A DNA stretch of 60,612 nt from an uncultured Candidatus Poseidoniales archaeon (lineage in GTDB: Archaea; Thermoplasmatota; Poseidoniia; Poseidoniales; CAYMED01), in assembly GCA_964389655.1 (NCBI GenBank), contig CAYMED010000017.1, forward strand, positions 1 through 60,612, given 5' to 3'. Position numbers and translations under genes: made by a program. Position 1 is the first letter of the stretch, and every line of letters begins with the position of its first letter. The notes below the pieces were generated by a model. That model ran no database searches and had not been told where the DNA came from. It worked only from the letters and a program-made list of their open reading frames with translations. Of this stretch, positions 8,742 through 18,933 are shown in pieces.

Positions 8742-10316
8742 CTAGAGATGGCGCCCCTTCAGCGCTAATGACAGCAATTTCCCCAGTGTAGGACCTTTTC
8801 TTCCAACTTCTTTTTCTGCTTTGATGATGTCTTTACGTGTTTGACGTAGAACTTTTTGCACCGGTACTTTGGGCTCACCTATTTCACGGACAACTCGGTT
8901 GAAAACTGTGCCTGCCATCTTAGGAATCCAAGTATAATTGGCGTCATCCGTTAAGAAATTCGGAACTTTACTGAAGTTTCTCAGGTCACGCATCACATAA
9001 GATGAGGCAAGCTCATCAGAATAAGCCTCCAGCGCATGCTCGCTACACCCGCTTTCTCGAAGCGCTGAGGCAATTGCAGTTGCAGCGAGTTTGGCCGAAT
9101 GAATTGCATAATTTTGGCCTTGTATGACGGCACCATTTGAGTACACTAGACCAGCGGCATCTCCAATCACAACAGCCCCATCACGAATCAGTCGCTTTGG
9201 AATGCGGTGTAAGCCAAACTCAGGAACAAGATGGCCCCCATACTCTACAACATCCCCACCTCGGGTCAATCCATCGATGTAGGGATGCGATTTGAAAGCC
9301 GCAAATAGATCATAGGTATGGATTCCTTGAGGGAGGCTATCGAGTTGAACAACAATACCTACTGACAACGTATCTCGGTTCGTGTAAACCCAACCTCCAC
9401 ATCGTGGCATCTTTCCTGCTGTGTCGGGGTATTCTTGCCATGCTTTCTGCGCCATTGGACCATAAATGCCCAGCGCTGCTTCCATAGCCATTCCGGAGGG
9501 AGGTCGATTTTCGTCTCCTGCGAATCCTCCAAAGCGTGAATCAATCACGTCTTTTCCTAAATGAATGACTTCTTTTACACCCAACATCATGCTGTGCTTG
9601 CTTTGTGCTTTCAGGCGATTATCGAATTCATAAGAGCGAGTTAGAACGGAGTTGCTTCCCTCAGCGATCACAACACATGCAGAAGTCATGGCCTCGCCAT
9701 CTTGAACAATACCTGCAATTCGGCCATGCCGAATTTTCTCTAAGATTTCGGGTTTATCCTCGATGGCCCAACGCTGGGCTGCACCTTTACCACTTTCATC
9801 TGCTGGCTTCGTTAATTCATCCGCTGTGTAAGACATAGGATCAAGCCCCTCGATGTGTAGTTGATCGATTTTCATTCCCGGCATGACCATCACGCCTGCC
9901 TCCTCAAGGCGCTCTGCCATCCATGCATCTGTTCGAGCACGAAGCACGGACCAAGCCATTCTCTGACTGGGTTCTGCCGTACCCTCTGCACCTTCCCAAG
10001 AATTGAAGCGGCCTTCAACGACGACTGCGTCATCTTCGGAAAGAAAGCCAATCCGCTTCATCGCGATGGAGCGCTCAATTCCTGGCATGCTGGTTTCCCA
10101 TGAATTACCATCTGTCGCTAGAAACTCGTCAAATGCATCGAGTTCCCTTCCCCACAGAATTCCCCCAGACATATTTTTCCCACCAATTGTCTCACCGCGG
10201 TCTAACAGCAAAATCCTCTCACCCTCAACTCCTTCTTTGAGCAATTGAAAGGCACACGCTAGGCCTGCAAAGCCCCCACCAATGATGATAACGTCGAAAT
10301 CGGTATCCTCACCCAT
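8742..10316 (-). CDS. fixC: FixC-like ETF:quinone oxidoreductase flavoprotein
   Basis: GGGFAG FAD motif, GGKNMSGG, LGVKEVI, GWVYTNRDTLSVGIV, EYGGHLVPE, GDAAG. Confidence 0.85.
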   Translation of the reverse strand: MGEDTDFDVIIIGGGFAGLACAFQLLKEGVEGERILLLDRGETIGGKNMSGGILWGRELDAFDEFLATDGNSWETSMPGIERSIAMKRIGFLSEDDAVVVEGRFNSWEGAEGTAEPSQRMAWSVLRARTDAWMAERLEEAGVMVMPGMKIDQLHIEGLDPMSYTADELTKPADESGKGAAQRWAIEDKPEILEKIRHGRIAGIVQDGEAMTSACVVIAEGSNSVLTRSYEFDNRLKAQSKHSMMLGVKEVIHLGKDVIDSRFGGFAGDENRPPSGMAMEAALGIYGPMAQKAWQEYPDTAGKMPRCGGWVYTNRDTLSVGIVVQLDSLPQGIHTYDLFAAFKSHPYIDGLTRGGDVVEYGGHLVPEFGLHRIPKRLIRDGAVVIGDAAGLVYSNGAVIQGQNYAIHSAKLAATAIASALRESGCSEHALEAYSDELASSYVMRDLRNFSKVPNFLTDDANYTWIPKMAGTVFNRVVREIGEPKVPVQKVLRQTRKDIIKAEKEVGRKGPTLGKLLSLALKGRHL

Positions 10317-10382
10317 CGAATCTTCCCAACACTTCGGTTGGTATGGTTCCCTTCAAGCCACCGCTTGACTTCCCACCACCTG

Positions 10383-11516
10383 ATGGCGGGTGAAAATCCG
10401 AGGCGGCCGCTCCTAGTTCGTGCATCTGCACCGGGAAAAGCAATCTTGTTTGGAGAGCATGCCGTCGTGCGTGGTGCACCAGCCGTTGCTGCTGCAATCG
10501 GCGAGCGCCTCACAGTAACTCTAGATCTCTCAGTGGACCGATGGATTGTGGATGGAAAGCCATTAATCCCTGCTGAATACCCCCATATCTCTGCATTGCT
10601 CATTCGAATGTTGCCAAGGCATCTTGGCCCGGGATCATTTACAATCCAATCAGAACTTCCTCGCGCATCCGGATTGGGATCTTCAGCAGCCCTAGCCGTT
10701 GCGGCTGCTGCCACATTGCGCGCATATGTTGGGCGTTGGAAGGATGAATCAGAATGGGTATCGGGTTTTGGACCGGGATTGCTTGCACTAGATGGCGATG
10801 GTCCATGGGATGATCCACCTGATGATGTCAGAATGGATGGAGCAAGGATTGTTTTCGGTGGCGATGCAATTGAACCGGAAGAAATCACACGTATTGCTCA
10901 TATCGCAGAGGCGGAATCACAAGGTGGACGAGCAAGCCCAATTGATACTGCCACTGCCACACTTGGAGGGGTCGTCGTCGTAGGGACAACCGCATCCACC
11001 AGTCTCACTCCACTTGAAGAACGCATAATTCGATCACCCGATGGGACCGAACACAGATGGAGCATAGGGACATTGGCAATACACGAGCAAGCACCCTATC
11101 TGGTATTAGCAGATACAGGGGAGCGATCATCAACTGCAAAAATGGTTGCTCATGTTGCCAATCGGATTGAGGAAAGTGACCGGGCATCTGGCGCATTTGA
11201 CTCGATAACCGAAATTTCTGAGGCCGGTATTGAAGCACTTAGTCAAGGGGATTGGCCGAGTGTCCAAAACGCAATTCTAGCGAATCAAGAAGCACTTTTG
11301 GCTCTTGACATTGTAACGGACAAAGCTCAGGAATTGATTGACATCGTGGGGCCTGAACCTGCCAAAATCACAGGTGCAGGAGGAGGTGGTTGCATTTTGG
11401 CATTGAGCCACGAACCTGAAGTTCTTGTGGAACGACTAAAGCGTCATGCATCAGGCGTCTATATTGCACAATTAGGGGCATCTGGCGTGCAGCTTAATGA
11501 TGTTGAATTTGGCTAA
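10383..11516 (+). CDS. mvk: Mevalonate kinase (GHMP family)
   Basis: SAPGKAILFGEHAVV, PRASGLGSSAA, ASPID, KITGAGGGG. Confidence 0.85.
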   Translation: MAGENPRRPLLVRASAPGKAILFGEHAVVRGAPAVAAAIGERLTVTLDLSVDRWIVDGKPLIPAEYPHISALLIRMLPRHLGPGSFTIQSELPRASGLGSSAALAVAAAATLRAYVGRWKDESEWVSGFGPGLLALDGDGPWDDPPDDVRMDGARIVFGGDAIEPEEITRIAHIAEAESQGGRASPIDTATATLGGVVVVGTTASTSLTPLEERIIRSPDGTEHRWSIGTLAIHEQAPYLVLADTGERSSTAKMVAHVANRIEESDRASGAFDSITEISEAGIEALSQGDWPSVQNAILANQEALLALDIVTDKAQELIDIVGPEPAKITGAGGGGCILALSHEPEVLVERLKRHASGVYIAQLGASGVQLNDVEFG

Positions 11517-11531
11517 AATAAGATGACGTTC

Positions 11532-11539
11532 TTTAAATA
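11532..11539 (+). promoter_or_regulatory. Putative TATA box (TTTAAATA) of tbp; spacing suggests a leaderless mRNA
   Basis: Centred about 27 nt upstream of ATG 11563. Confidence 0.55.
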
Positions 11540-11562
11540 AGCCGGGTTGTCCCGTCGCTGAC

Positions 11563-12261
11563 ATGAGTAAGGAAGAGGATCGTCTAACAGTCGTCAATGT
11601 CGTCGCCTCCACACGTGTGGCAGAAGAACTCAATCTCCCAGATATTGCAATTCAGTTGAATTGTGAATATGAGCCGGAACAATTCCCGGGTGTCGTCTAC
11701 AGGGTGAAGGATCCAAAATTGGCAATCCTGATGTTCCGGTCTGGGCGCGCCGTCTGTACTGGTGGAAAAAACTCAGAAAACATCTTTGAAGGAATTGAAC
11801 GAATGATTGCTGATCTTCGAGAAGCAGGCATCGAAACTTGGAATTTATCTGAGGAAACTCGCAAGGGCAAGACTGGAATGCGTCATGTTTGGAAAGACAG
11901 CCGGTCAGGAGATGTCGAAATTGAAGTACAGAACATGGTTGCAACCTATGCCCTTCACTATCCCGAAGATTATGATGGGAAAGCGGAGAGGGATTACCCC
12001 GATCTTAAGATCAAAGAGGGAGATGAACTTGCTGGATTGCCACGAAAATTAAATCTCAACAATCTGACATTTCACCTCCCATTCGATCGAGTTGAATACG
12101 AGCCTGAACAATTCCCTGGGCTGATTTACCGCCTTGATTATCCACGCGTCGTTTGCCTGATTTTCGGTTCAGGAAAGATGGTGATCACGGGTGCACGAGC
12201 TCTTGAGGAGATTTGGGAAGCGGTTGAAATCATCCAAGATGAATTAGCCGACCTTCTTTGA
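11563..12261 (+). CDS. tbp: TATA-box binding protein
   Basis: Two repeats: NVVAS..YEPEQFPGVVYR..MFRSGRAVCTG and QNMVAT..YEPEQFPGLIYR..IFGSGKMVITGA. Confidence 0.97.
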   Translation: MSKEEDRLTVVNVVASTRVAEELNLPDIAIQLNCEYEPEQFPGVVYRVKDPKLAILMFRSGRAVCTGGKNSENIFEGIERMIADLREAGIETWNLSEETRKGKTGMRHVWKDSRSGDVEIEVQNMVATYALHYPEDYDGKAERDYPDLKIKEGDELAGLPRKLNLNNLTFHLPFDRVEYEPEQFPGLIYRLDYPRVVCLIFGSGKMVITGARALEEIWEAVEIIQDELADLL

Positions 12262-12308
12262 GGCAAGCAACGAATCCTTTGAAGACGTCCCCGGCGGCTT
12301 CACTGCAG

Positions 12309-15300
12309 ATGGCGACACCGTCTCGGCCGCGCAGTGCCCGCACTTTCTGCATTTTTCTGCTCCTTTGTGGGCTTCTAGTCCAAATCCCTGCCACTTCTGC
12401 GGGCTCTGCTCAAGGCAGAGCCCATGACCCTGGTTCTTCGCTCGATGCCCCGGAATGGAGAGTTGGGGACTCGTGGGTCTATGCATCGCAGTTTGGTGCG
12501 ATCGGCTTGCTCGAGAATTTCGGCCTCACTGATTCAAGCCTGCGAACACTAACCGGAGATACAGCAATGGAAGTTACTGGAATCGCAGTGGAAGATATCA
12601 ATGGATCATCATGGCTCACATATACGCGGACATGGGAGGCAGACTACGATTCGGGAAACAATGGCGCAAGATTGCAAGGGACGGATGGCCGACTCTTTGT
12701 TGAAATGGATTCGGAAGAAAAAATCCGAGTCTCAGATTTTGCATCGCTCCAGCAAACTCTAGACTTCCACATTACATTCTGTGGCTATAACCTCTGCAAT
12801 ATTGGCTTTGCCGTCCGAGAGGTCGATGTGAAAATTACAACCATTTACGATCCAGGTCGTGAATTCATGGATTTCCCAATTGCAGTAGGTGAAATTCATG
12901 CGCTCAATTACACATCTGACGTCACAATCTCAGTGAATACTGCCGCGTCTGACCTTCAAGACATCGTAGGGGATACAGAATCTCCCAGTTCAACAGTGGG
13001 TGAAGTTCGAGTCGTGAGTCGTGGTGCTCCACCCATAGGATACGCTGGATGTAATGATGCCTATAATTTAACACAATATGACATAAATGGGACATCTCAG
13101 GGAATCGAATGGTGGTGCCCAGAGGCAAGGTCACAGGCTTGGTTGCATACTGACACAATGGGACTTCTTCTCGATTTCAAACTCAAATCATACACGCCTT
13201 TAGAGAGTTCAAACTCTGAGCCTTCTTCAGACTCAGGAAGAAGGAATGGGGGCGTTGAAGTTGAATTGCAATTCCCAACATTTACCCCAAACGCTGATGT
13301 TGGAGTTTGGATCAACGTAACTGACGATTCGGGAAATGCAGTTTCGGGAGCGCAAGTTCAATTTATATTTGAGGCAGAATCTGAATACAGGACACTTTCC
13401 ACTGAAGCAAATGGGTCGATCTACGAAATTATTGATCTAGGTCGCACAAGCGATTGGACTGCAACTGATTTCGATGTGGCAAGTCACGGCATTGTGGCAT
13501 TCGATGAAGCAAATATCCGGGTTGGCGTCGCTACGACCACCCTCTCTGATGACGTAGTCGATCGAGACTTAGCTTTGAGATCAGAAGGCATCGTTATGAC
13601 ACGCATACGTGGTGGTACCGATGTTGTGATCCTCAATGAGTTAGGAATTGCACCTTCTGCAATTCCAGGTGATCACATAGAACTCTCTATTCCAGTTCGA
13701 AACCTCGGACTTCTGAAGAGCCCAAAAACAGTAATGACAATCTCTTTGCCAGATGGATCAAGTACAAACGCGGAGGTGCCTGTTCTCAATAGTCAACAAG
13801 AGGTACTCATTTCAGCTGGTTTTGACATTGAGAACCGTAGTGAAGTCACTTGGACGATCGACGTCACCGCATCCATTACAATTCCATCTGGAATTTCTGA
13901 TCATAACTCAACCAATAACGGACACACAATCACATTCAGAATTGGAACGTTGCCAACACTTACATTCACAGTTCAAGATGGCGTTCTGACCTTTGAAGAT
14001 GTACGATTAGATGCCACTGCAAGTCTTGATGCAGACGGTGGAGATGTCCAATGCAAATGGGAAGCACTGCAGATGGACGATTTGGGCAATCCCGCTTGGA
14101 ATGTGATCACATATGATGAATGTCTTGCTAATGCATCATGGCCAGATAACGGTGAATGGAAAGTAAGAGTAACTGTTACCGATGATGAATTAGAAGATGT
14201 GACAAAAGAGGTTCCTGTTATTGTCCTCAACCGACCACCTACTGGAGAACTATCAGTTAATCAAACTAATTCAAGAGCACTTGAATCCCTACGGTTCGAC
14301 GTCATTAATGCAGCAGACATGGACACACCCATACCAGAAAATGAAACAATCGAGCGACCTCCAGTAGTGCGAACAGACTGGTCTGTCTCTAGTGGAAGTG
14401 GAGCGGTAAGTTATTGCAGTGAAAAGCAAGCTTTGTTTTGCAAATGGACGCCATTGGATGAAGGAGGTTTCACCGTGCATGCGAACATCAAGGATGAGGA
14501 TGATGGAGAAACGCACCTCACATTGCCAATCACCGTTGGAAATGCACTTCCAAAGAATCCATCCATCTCACTTGAATATGCAGATGGCTCGGGAACTCTT
14601 GCCCCTGATAGTGAAACGGGTGCATTAAGCGTACTGGAAGACACGCAATTGCGCCTATTAGGGACTGCTGAAGATACTCCAAATGACATCCCAAGTCTAG
14701 GATGGACTTGGACCATTACGCATAATCCGAATGGGTTCACAGAGGATGAAATCGCACCCCTAACTTTACTTGGACCATCCCCTGAGTTCAGCCTTGCAAA
14801 ATCTGGCAAATATAGTATTCAACTCACAGTGAGTGACGAAGAGGGCTCTGTAGCAAAAACAGTGCAATTAGAAATTATCAATCAAGTTCCAATTGTGAAG
14901 GCACTCACTCCAACCGCTGAAACATGGGAAGGAGAGGCCGTTACCTTGGAAGCAAGAGTAGAGGATACGGCTTCTGACCTCGAAAGCCTTGTTGTATGTT
15001 GGGATTTCAATCCAGATGGTGACAAGGATGGGGATGGCTTGTCCTACAATGACTGTGACCAAGAGGCAGTACTGGATGGAAGTGGAATGAGCCTTGCTGC
15101 CCCAATGTGGGATACGGCCCGAATTAACCAAGCAGTCATCTTCCACGCCACCGATGATGATGGAGCCATTGCATCTGTTGAAATCATTATTCAAATCTCA
15201 AATTTGCCACCCACTGTATCGATTGAAATTCAAGAAACAACGGTTGAAATCGGCTCAACAATCTCATTAAAGGCAGTAGGCATTGATTCTGCATCTGATT

Positions 15301-16007
15301 TAGAGCGGCTTCGATACTTTTGGGATCTTGAACCCTCAAAAGATGAAAATGGAGATGGAGTGGCTGATAACGACCTTGTCCTGCTGGGTCCGTCAGTTGA
15401 GATCTCTGCCGATACACTTGGCACCTTCCGAGTGCTAGTTGTCGTGAAGGATGATGATCAAGCACAAGCGGAAGCATGGTTGGAATACAACGTAACTGCA
15501 GTAGCACGTCAGGGAGTGGCTTCCTATATCTTTACCGAAGACGGACAAGTGAATTCCATTCTCGCGATCGGAATCGTCAGCATCGTTGTCGTGGCAATTC
15601 TCTTGCTACTCGTTACTGGCCGACGGAAGAGCAGTGATGGCCTGTCTCTTGACGGGGCTATGGCTTCGCCGAATATGTTCGATGCAATCGCACAAGGAAA
15701 TCCGCAAGCACCACCCTTGGGCGCACCACCAGCATTTGGTGCACCTGCTGCTACACAACCTGTCACTCATGACCCTTATGTCCAACATCAAGTCGCATCA
15801 CAATGGGCGGCTCCAGCACCCCAGCCAGTTCAACAGCCAACTCAACAACAAGCATGGCAACCCCCTGCTGCATCATATCAGCCTCAAGTCCAGCCAACTC
15901 AGCAGCCTGTCACACAACAACAATCATGGCAACCCCCTGCCACCACGGTTCAACAACCAACTGCGCAAAACCCAATCGCTGATTTAGACCTAGACGACCT
16001 TTTTTGA
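12309..16007 (+). CDS. Large type I membrane/surface protein with CARDB- and PKD/Ig-like domains and a P/Q-rich cytoplasmic tail
   Basis: Signal peptide; VRNLG..SP and NSTNN (CARDB-like); LDATASLDADG, VTVTDD, WD..DxDGDG (PKD-like); one TM near the C-terminus. Confidence 0.75.
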   Translation: MATPSRPRSARTFCIFLLLCGLLVQIPATSAGSAQGRAHDPGSSLDAPEWRVGDSWVYASQFGAIGLLENFGLTDSSLRTLTGDTAMEVTGIAVEDINGSSWLTYTRTWEADYDSGNNGARLQGTDGRLFVEMDSEEKIRVSDFASLQQTLDFHITFCGYNLCNIGFAVREVDVKITTIYDPGREFMDFPIAVGEIHALNYTSDVTISVNTAASDLQDIVGDTESPSSTVGEVRVVSRGAPPIGYAGCNDAYNLTQYDINGTSQGIEWWCPEARSQAWLHTDTMGLLLDFKLKSYTPLESSNSEPSSDSGRRNGGVEVELQFPTFTPNADVGVWINVTDDSGNAVSGAQVQFIFEAESEYRTLSTEANGSIYEIIDLGRTSDWTATDFDVASHGIVAFDEANIRVGVATTTLSDDVVDRDLALRSEGIVMTRIRGGTDVVILNELGIAPSAIPGDHIELSIPVRNLGLLKSPKTVMTISLPDGSSTNAEVPVLNSQQEVLISAGFDIENRSEVTWTIDVTASITIPSGISDHNSTNNGHTITFRIGTLPTLTFTVQDGVLTFEDVRLDATASLDADGGDVQCKWEALQMDDLGNPAWNVITYDECLANASWPDNGEWKVRVTVTDDELEDVTKEVPVIVLNRPPTGELSVNQTNSRALESLRFDVINAADMDTPIPENETIERPPVVRTDWSVSSGSGAVSYCSEKQALFCKWTPLDEGGFTVHANIKDEDDGETHLTLPITVGNALPKNPSISLEYADGSGTLAPDSETGALSVLEDTQLRLLGTAEDTPNDIPSLGWTWTITHNPNGFTEDEIAPLTLLGPSPEFSLAKSGKYSIQLTVSDEEGSVAKTVQLEIINQVPIVKALTPTAETWEGEAVTLEARVEDTASDLESLVVCWDFNPDGDKDGDGLSYNDCDQEAVLDGSGMSLAAPMWDTARINQAVIFHATDDDGAIASVEIIIQISNLPPTVSIEIQETTVEIGSTISLKAVGIDSASDLERLRYFWDLEPSKDENGDGVADNDLVLLGPSVEISADTLGTFRVLVVVKDDDQAQAEAWLEYNVTAVARQGVASYIFTEDGQVNSILAIGIVSIVVVAILLLLVTGRRKSSDGLSLDGAMASPNMFDAIAQGNPQAPPLGAPPAFGAPAATQPVTHDPYVQHQVASQWAAPAPQPVQQPTQQQAWQPPAASYQPQVQPTQQPVTQQQSWQPPATTVQQPTAQNPIADLDLDDLF
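15843..15940 (+). repeat. Intragenic 26-bp direct repeat (CAACAACAA[G/T]CATGGCAACCCCCTGC), 72-bp period, encoding QQQxWQPPA
   Basis: Copies at 15843-15868 and 15915-15940, one mismatch. Confidence 0.85.
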
Positions 16008-16016
16008 GGTTCTGAG

Positions 16017-16595
16017 ATGGGACGGATTTGGCAATTAATTGGACTCCCTGAACCAGACCCATCGGCACCACCAAATGCTCCAATAGAAAGTGCTGCGCCA
16101 GATGATGAACGTGAAGCGAATGACATCCAAGATTTCCTTCCAATCGAATATATCGACCGGTCCATTCCTCCTCCAATCTTATCTGAAGGTGAATTTCCCC
16201 ATACTGCAATCTCTGCTGGTTTCAAGGATTTAGGGGCAATTCGCTGGAATGAAGGAAAAGAAGAGGTCCCTGGAAAACGGTTAATCCGGCACGTATTGCC
16301 CGATGAAAAGCGCCACCGCCTTGATACGAATGGAATCACTAGAGCACTTGAGAGCGGATCAATTCTTTTTGTTGATTTGTCAGACCTTGTGCACCTCGAC
16401 GCTCATAGAGAAGCATGTAAAAGAGAGCTTGTTGCACTTTCTGAGAGAATTGAGACACCTGTCTTTGTCCTTGATGAAGGTGAAACCATTTTCCTAGTTC
16501 CTGGTGCTGGAATTGCCATAGATCCCGAAGATCATCACCTCGGAGTGAAGATGGAGCAAATGCCAATTGAGCATGAATTTGACATGGAACTCTGA
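16017..16595 (+). CDS. sepF: SepF-like cell division protein
   Basis: Short amphipathic N-terminus (MGRIWQLIG); ALESGSILFVDLSDL..ELVAL..IFLVP pattern resembles the archaeal SepF core. Confidence 0.55.
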   Translation: MGRIWQLIGLPEPDPSAPPNAPIESAAPDDEREANDIQDFLPIEYIDRSIPPPILSEGEFPHTAISAGFKDLGAIRWNEGKEEVPGKRLIRHVLPDEKRHRLDTNGITRALESGSILFVDLSDLVHLDAHREACKRELVALSERIETPVFVLDEGETIFLVPGAGIAIDPEDHHLGVKMEQMPIEHEFDMEL

Positions 16596-16645
16596 TGGGC
16601 CATCAACGAGAACCCGTAAACGAGTTACAATGTCCCAAATCAGCA

Positions 16646-16906
16646 TCATGCGTTACTACTCTCATCCCAACCCGTGGGCTGTGGAATAAAATTTGGATCA
16701 CCTAGGTAAGGCCACCATGAATCAAGATATCCGGCACGGGTCTCATCGATCGTTCGACGGGTGAAAGAGATGTACGTGAGCCATGGCTCAATCACTGCTT
16801 GATCATCACCCCGATCGGTTTTGCGATCAACAGAAGCTAATGCATAAGCTAAACAGGCTTCAAGAAATGAAATCACGAGTTCTTTTTCTTCGCGTGGGAC
16901 GTTCAT
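16646..16906 (-). CDS. Hypothetical protein
   Basis: ATGA overlap with the bcp stop; plausible helical 86-aa protein. Confidence 0.6.
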   Translation of the reverse strand: MNVPREEKELVISFLEACLAYALASVDRKTDRGDDQAVIEPWLTYISFTRRTIDETRAGYLDSWWPYLGDPNFIPQPTGWDESSNA

Positions 16907-17388
16907 GCTTCAACCTCAACCCCAAGATCAGTTAGCAACCTAGTAACATGACCCTCTGCACGAACGTTGTATTTGACCCACTCTAAACTGTGGTCACTAC
17001 TGATCACAAACGTTGAACGAACACAGCCCATGCTGGTTTTTCCATACATGGTTTTCTCGCGCCAGACGCCAAATGCCTTGTGCATCTCAAGTTCGGAATC
17101 GATGAGGAGTGGAAATGTCAATCCAAATTTATCCCTAAACCGCTCATGGCTCGCTTCTGAATCACGCGAAACTCCTAGAACTTGTAAACCGGCATCATGT
17201 AATCTTGAGAGATGATCTCGAAAATCGCAAGCCTGGACAGTACACCCCGGGGTATCGTCCTTCGGATAGAAATAGACCACTGTCCGTCGATCCAACTGAT
17301 CAAGACCCCAAACATTCCCTTCACTGTCAACCGCTTCAAAATCAGGAGCAGGGGCACCTGCCTCAAGTGTCACTGGAGCATCATCCAT
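16903..17388 (-). CDS. bcp: Peroxiredoxin BCP/PrxQ
   Basis: YFYPKDDTPGCTVQAC, GVSRD, VRSTFVI. Confidence 0.93.
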   Translation of the reverse strand: MDDAPVTLEAGAPAPDFEAVDSEGNVWGLDQLDRRTVVYFYPKDDTPGCTVQACDFRDHLSRLHDAGLQVLGVSRDSEASHERFRDKFGLTFPLLIDSELEMHKAFGVWREKTMYGKTSMGCVRSTFVISSDHSLEWVKYNVRAEGHVTRLLTDLGVEVEA

Positions 17389-17457
17389 GGACTCCCGGGA
17401 ACGCTCTGAATGATGATTCTTGCCTCCAGCAGATTGATGATTCAATCCCTTTTGGAG

Positions 17458-18933
17458 ATGATAATGCCAAATACATTACAGAGGCTTGAGGCGGATTCCA
17501 AGAACAAGGGTCAGGCCGACAAAAATCCTCTCTTGACAGCACTTGGCTTGGGCATAGCAGGAATTGTCATGAGTGTAACTGGAAATGATACTCAGAATGA
17601 GGTGCTTGAGGGGCTTGGCGGACTGATGTGCTGTGGCTCATTCATATTTATTGCTCTATCAATTGCTGCCTTCACAAAAGGAATAACTACGGGCGCTAGT
17701 GTAGTAACTTCAGGGGCGGGTGCAGCACATCTCGGAGCAGACCAAGCAAATATTACGGCAAAGAAAACCAAGGAGGCAGTAATGACGCAGGCCGGGATCG
17801 CAAAAGATGAACTCCCAAGATATCTAGAAAATATTGGTTTACCCGTGCAACAGATTGGTAATATCATATCTGACCCTGAAATTCAGAATTCTGAGGCCAT
17901 GGTGTCTCCAGTTGCCGTGGTTGATGCATTGAATCGAGCAGGTATTTCTGCGGAATTGGATCCATCCATGCTCCCACCAGCAACTGAAGAAAAAATCGCT
18001 GAAGGCATTGAAGAGTTTTCGGCTGAGATTGAAGAGGGGATCTCAGAGATTCAAGGACGTGTGCAGAAAGAAGTCGAAGAAACACAAGGGAAGATTTCTG
18101 AGTTGGATATCCCTGAGAAGATGGGTGATGGGGTCAATTCAAAAATCGACCATGCCGCAGAACGTGCTTTTGGGGCACTGGATGCCGTTGATAGTAAAGT
18201 ATCTGGACTCGAAAGTTCAGGGGCCATTGATGGTAAGAAGGTGGAAGGATCAACGGGTTTGGGCGAGCAAATACGGAAAGGAACCACTGCAGCTAGAGAA
18301 CACATCTCAGATACAAGCACGAGTGCCAAAGTGGCAGCTGGAGCTGCAATTGCTGGTGCCACTGGACTCGCAGCAGGAACTGCTGCTGCATCAAAAACAA
18401 CCCCTACAGGTAAGCCCTCCGAAGAACCATCAGAGAAGGATGATTCACCCGAAGAAAATCCTTCTACAAATACACATGCTGAAGCCGGAAAAACTCTTGA
18501 AAAAGGTCCAGATGCGGAATTAGAATCTGAGATTGAAGAAAGTGAAGAAGAAATGACTCCCTCTCTCTCCGATGACAGCACCCCCACAACCTCATTTGAG
18601 GCGGATGCAGACCTCGTTGCTTGGACGGGACAATTGCTAGATGCGCGGGTAACAAGTGAACGAAAAATAATCCTAGATTCTCTACCCGATAAATTCAGTG
18701 TTGTTGGTAAAGTTACTCGGAAAGATCGCTCTACAGGAAGATTACCCGCCCACCTCAACAGAGGGATGAGCGTTCACATTTCACACGATGATGGGGGAAA
18801 TGCAATCGTGCGCATCCCCCCAGGGGATGGAGAAGACATATCCATCGGGTCTAGACTTTCTGCAAACATCGATGGCATCGGTGAATGGAGCAGTATTCAT
18901 CGATGCTTGGTTCTCAATCAGGCTCAGGAATGA
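17458..18933 (+). CDS. Hypothetical membrane protein: two N-terminal TMs, acidic low-complexity middle, beta-rich (OB-fold-like) C-terminus
   Basis: Long ORF and composition only; start uncertain. Confidence 0.6.
   Translation: MIMPNTLQRLEADSKNKGQADKNPLLTALGLGIAGIVMSVTGNDTQNEVLEGLGGLMCCGSFIFIALSIAAFTKGITTGASVVTSGAGAAHLGADQANITAKKTKEAVMTQAGIAKDELPRYLENIGLPVQQIGNIISDPEIQNSEAMVSPVAVVDALNRAGISAELDPSMLPPATEEKIAEGIEEFSAEIEEGISEIQGRVQKEVEETQGKISELDIPEKMGDGVNSKIDHAAERAFGALDAVDSKVSGLESSGAIDGKKVEGSTGLGEQIRKGTTAAREHISDTSTSAKVAAGAAIAGATGLAAGTAAASKTTPTGKPSEEPSEKDDSPEENPSTNTHAEAGKTLEKGPDAELESEIEESEEEMTPSLSDDSTPTTSFEADADLVAWTGQLLDARVTSERKIILDSLPDKFSVVGKVTRKDRSTGRLPAHLNRGMSVHISHDDGGNAIVRIPPGDGEDISIGSRLSANIDGIGEWSSIHRCLVLNQAQE

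Noticed and set aside
15843-15940. CRISPR-like repeat
   Set aside because: Only two copies, in frame within a P/Q-rich coding tail; no cas genes
18051-18758. 235-aa minus-strand ORF (similarly 10259-10888, 20070-20633, 26747-27274, 31310-31879)
   Set aside because: Ser-rich antisense shadows of better-supported genes
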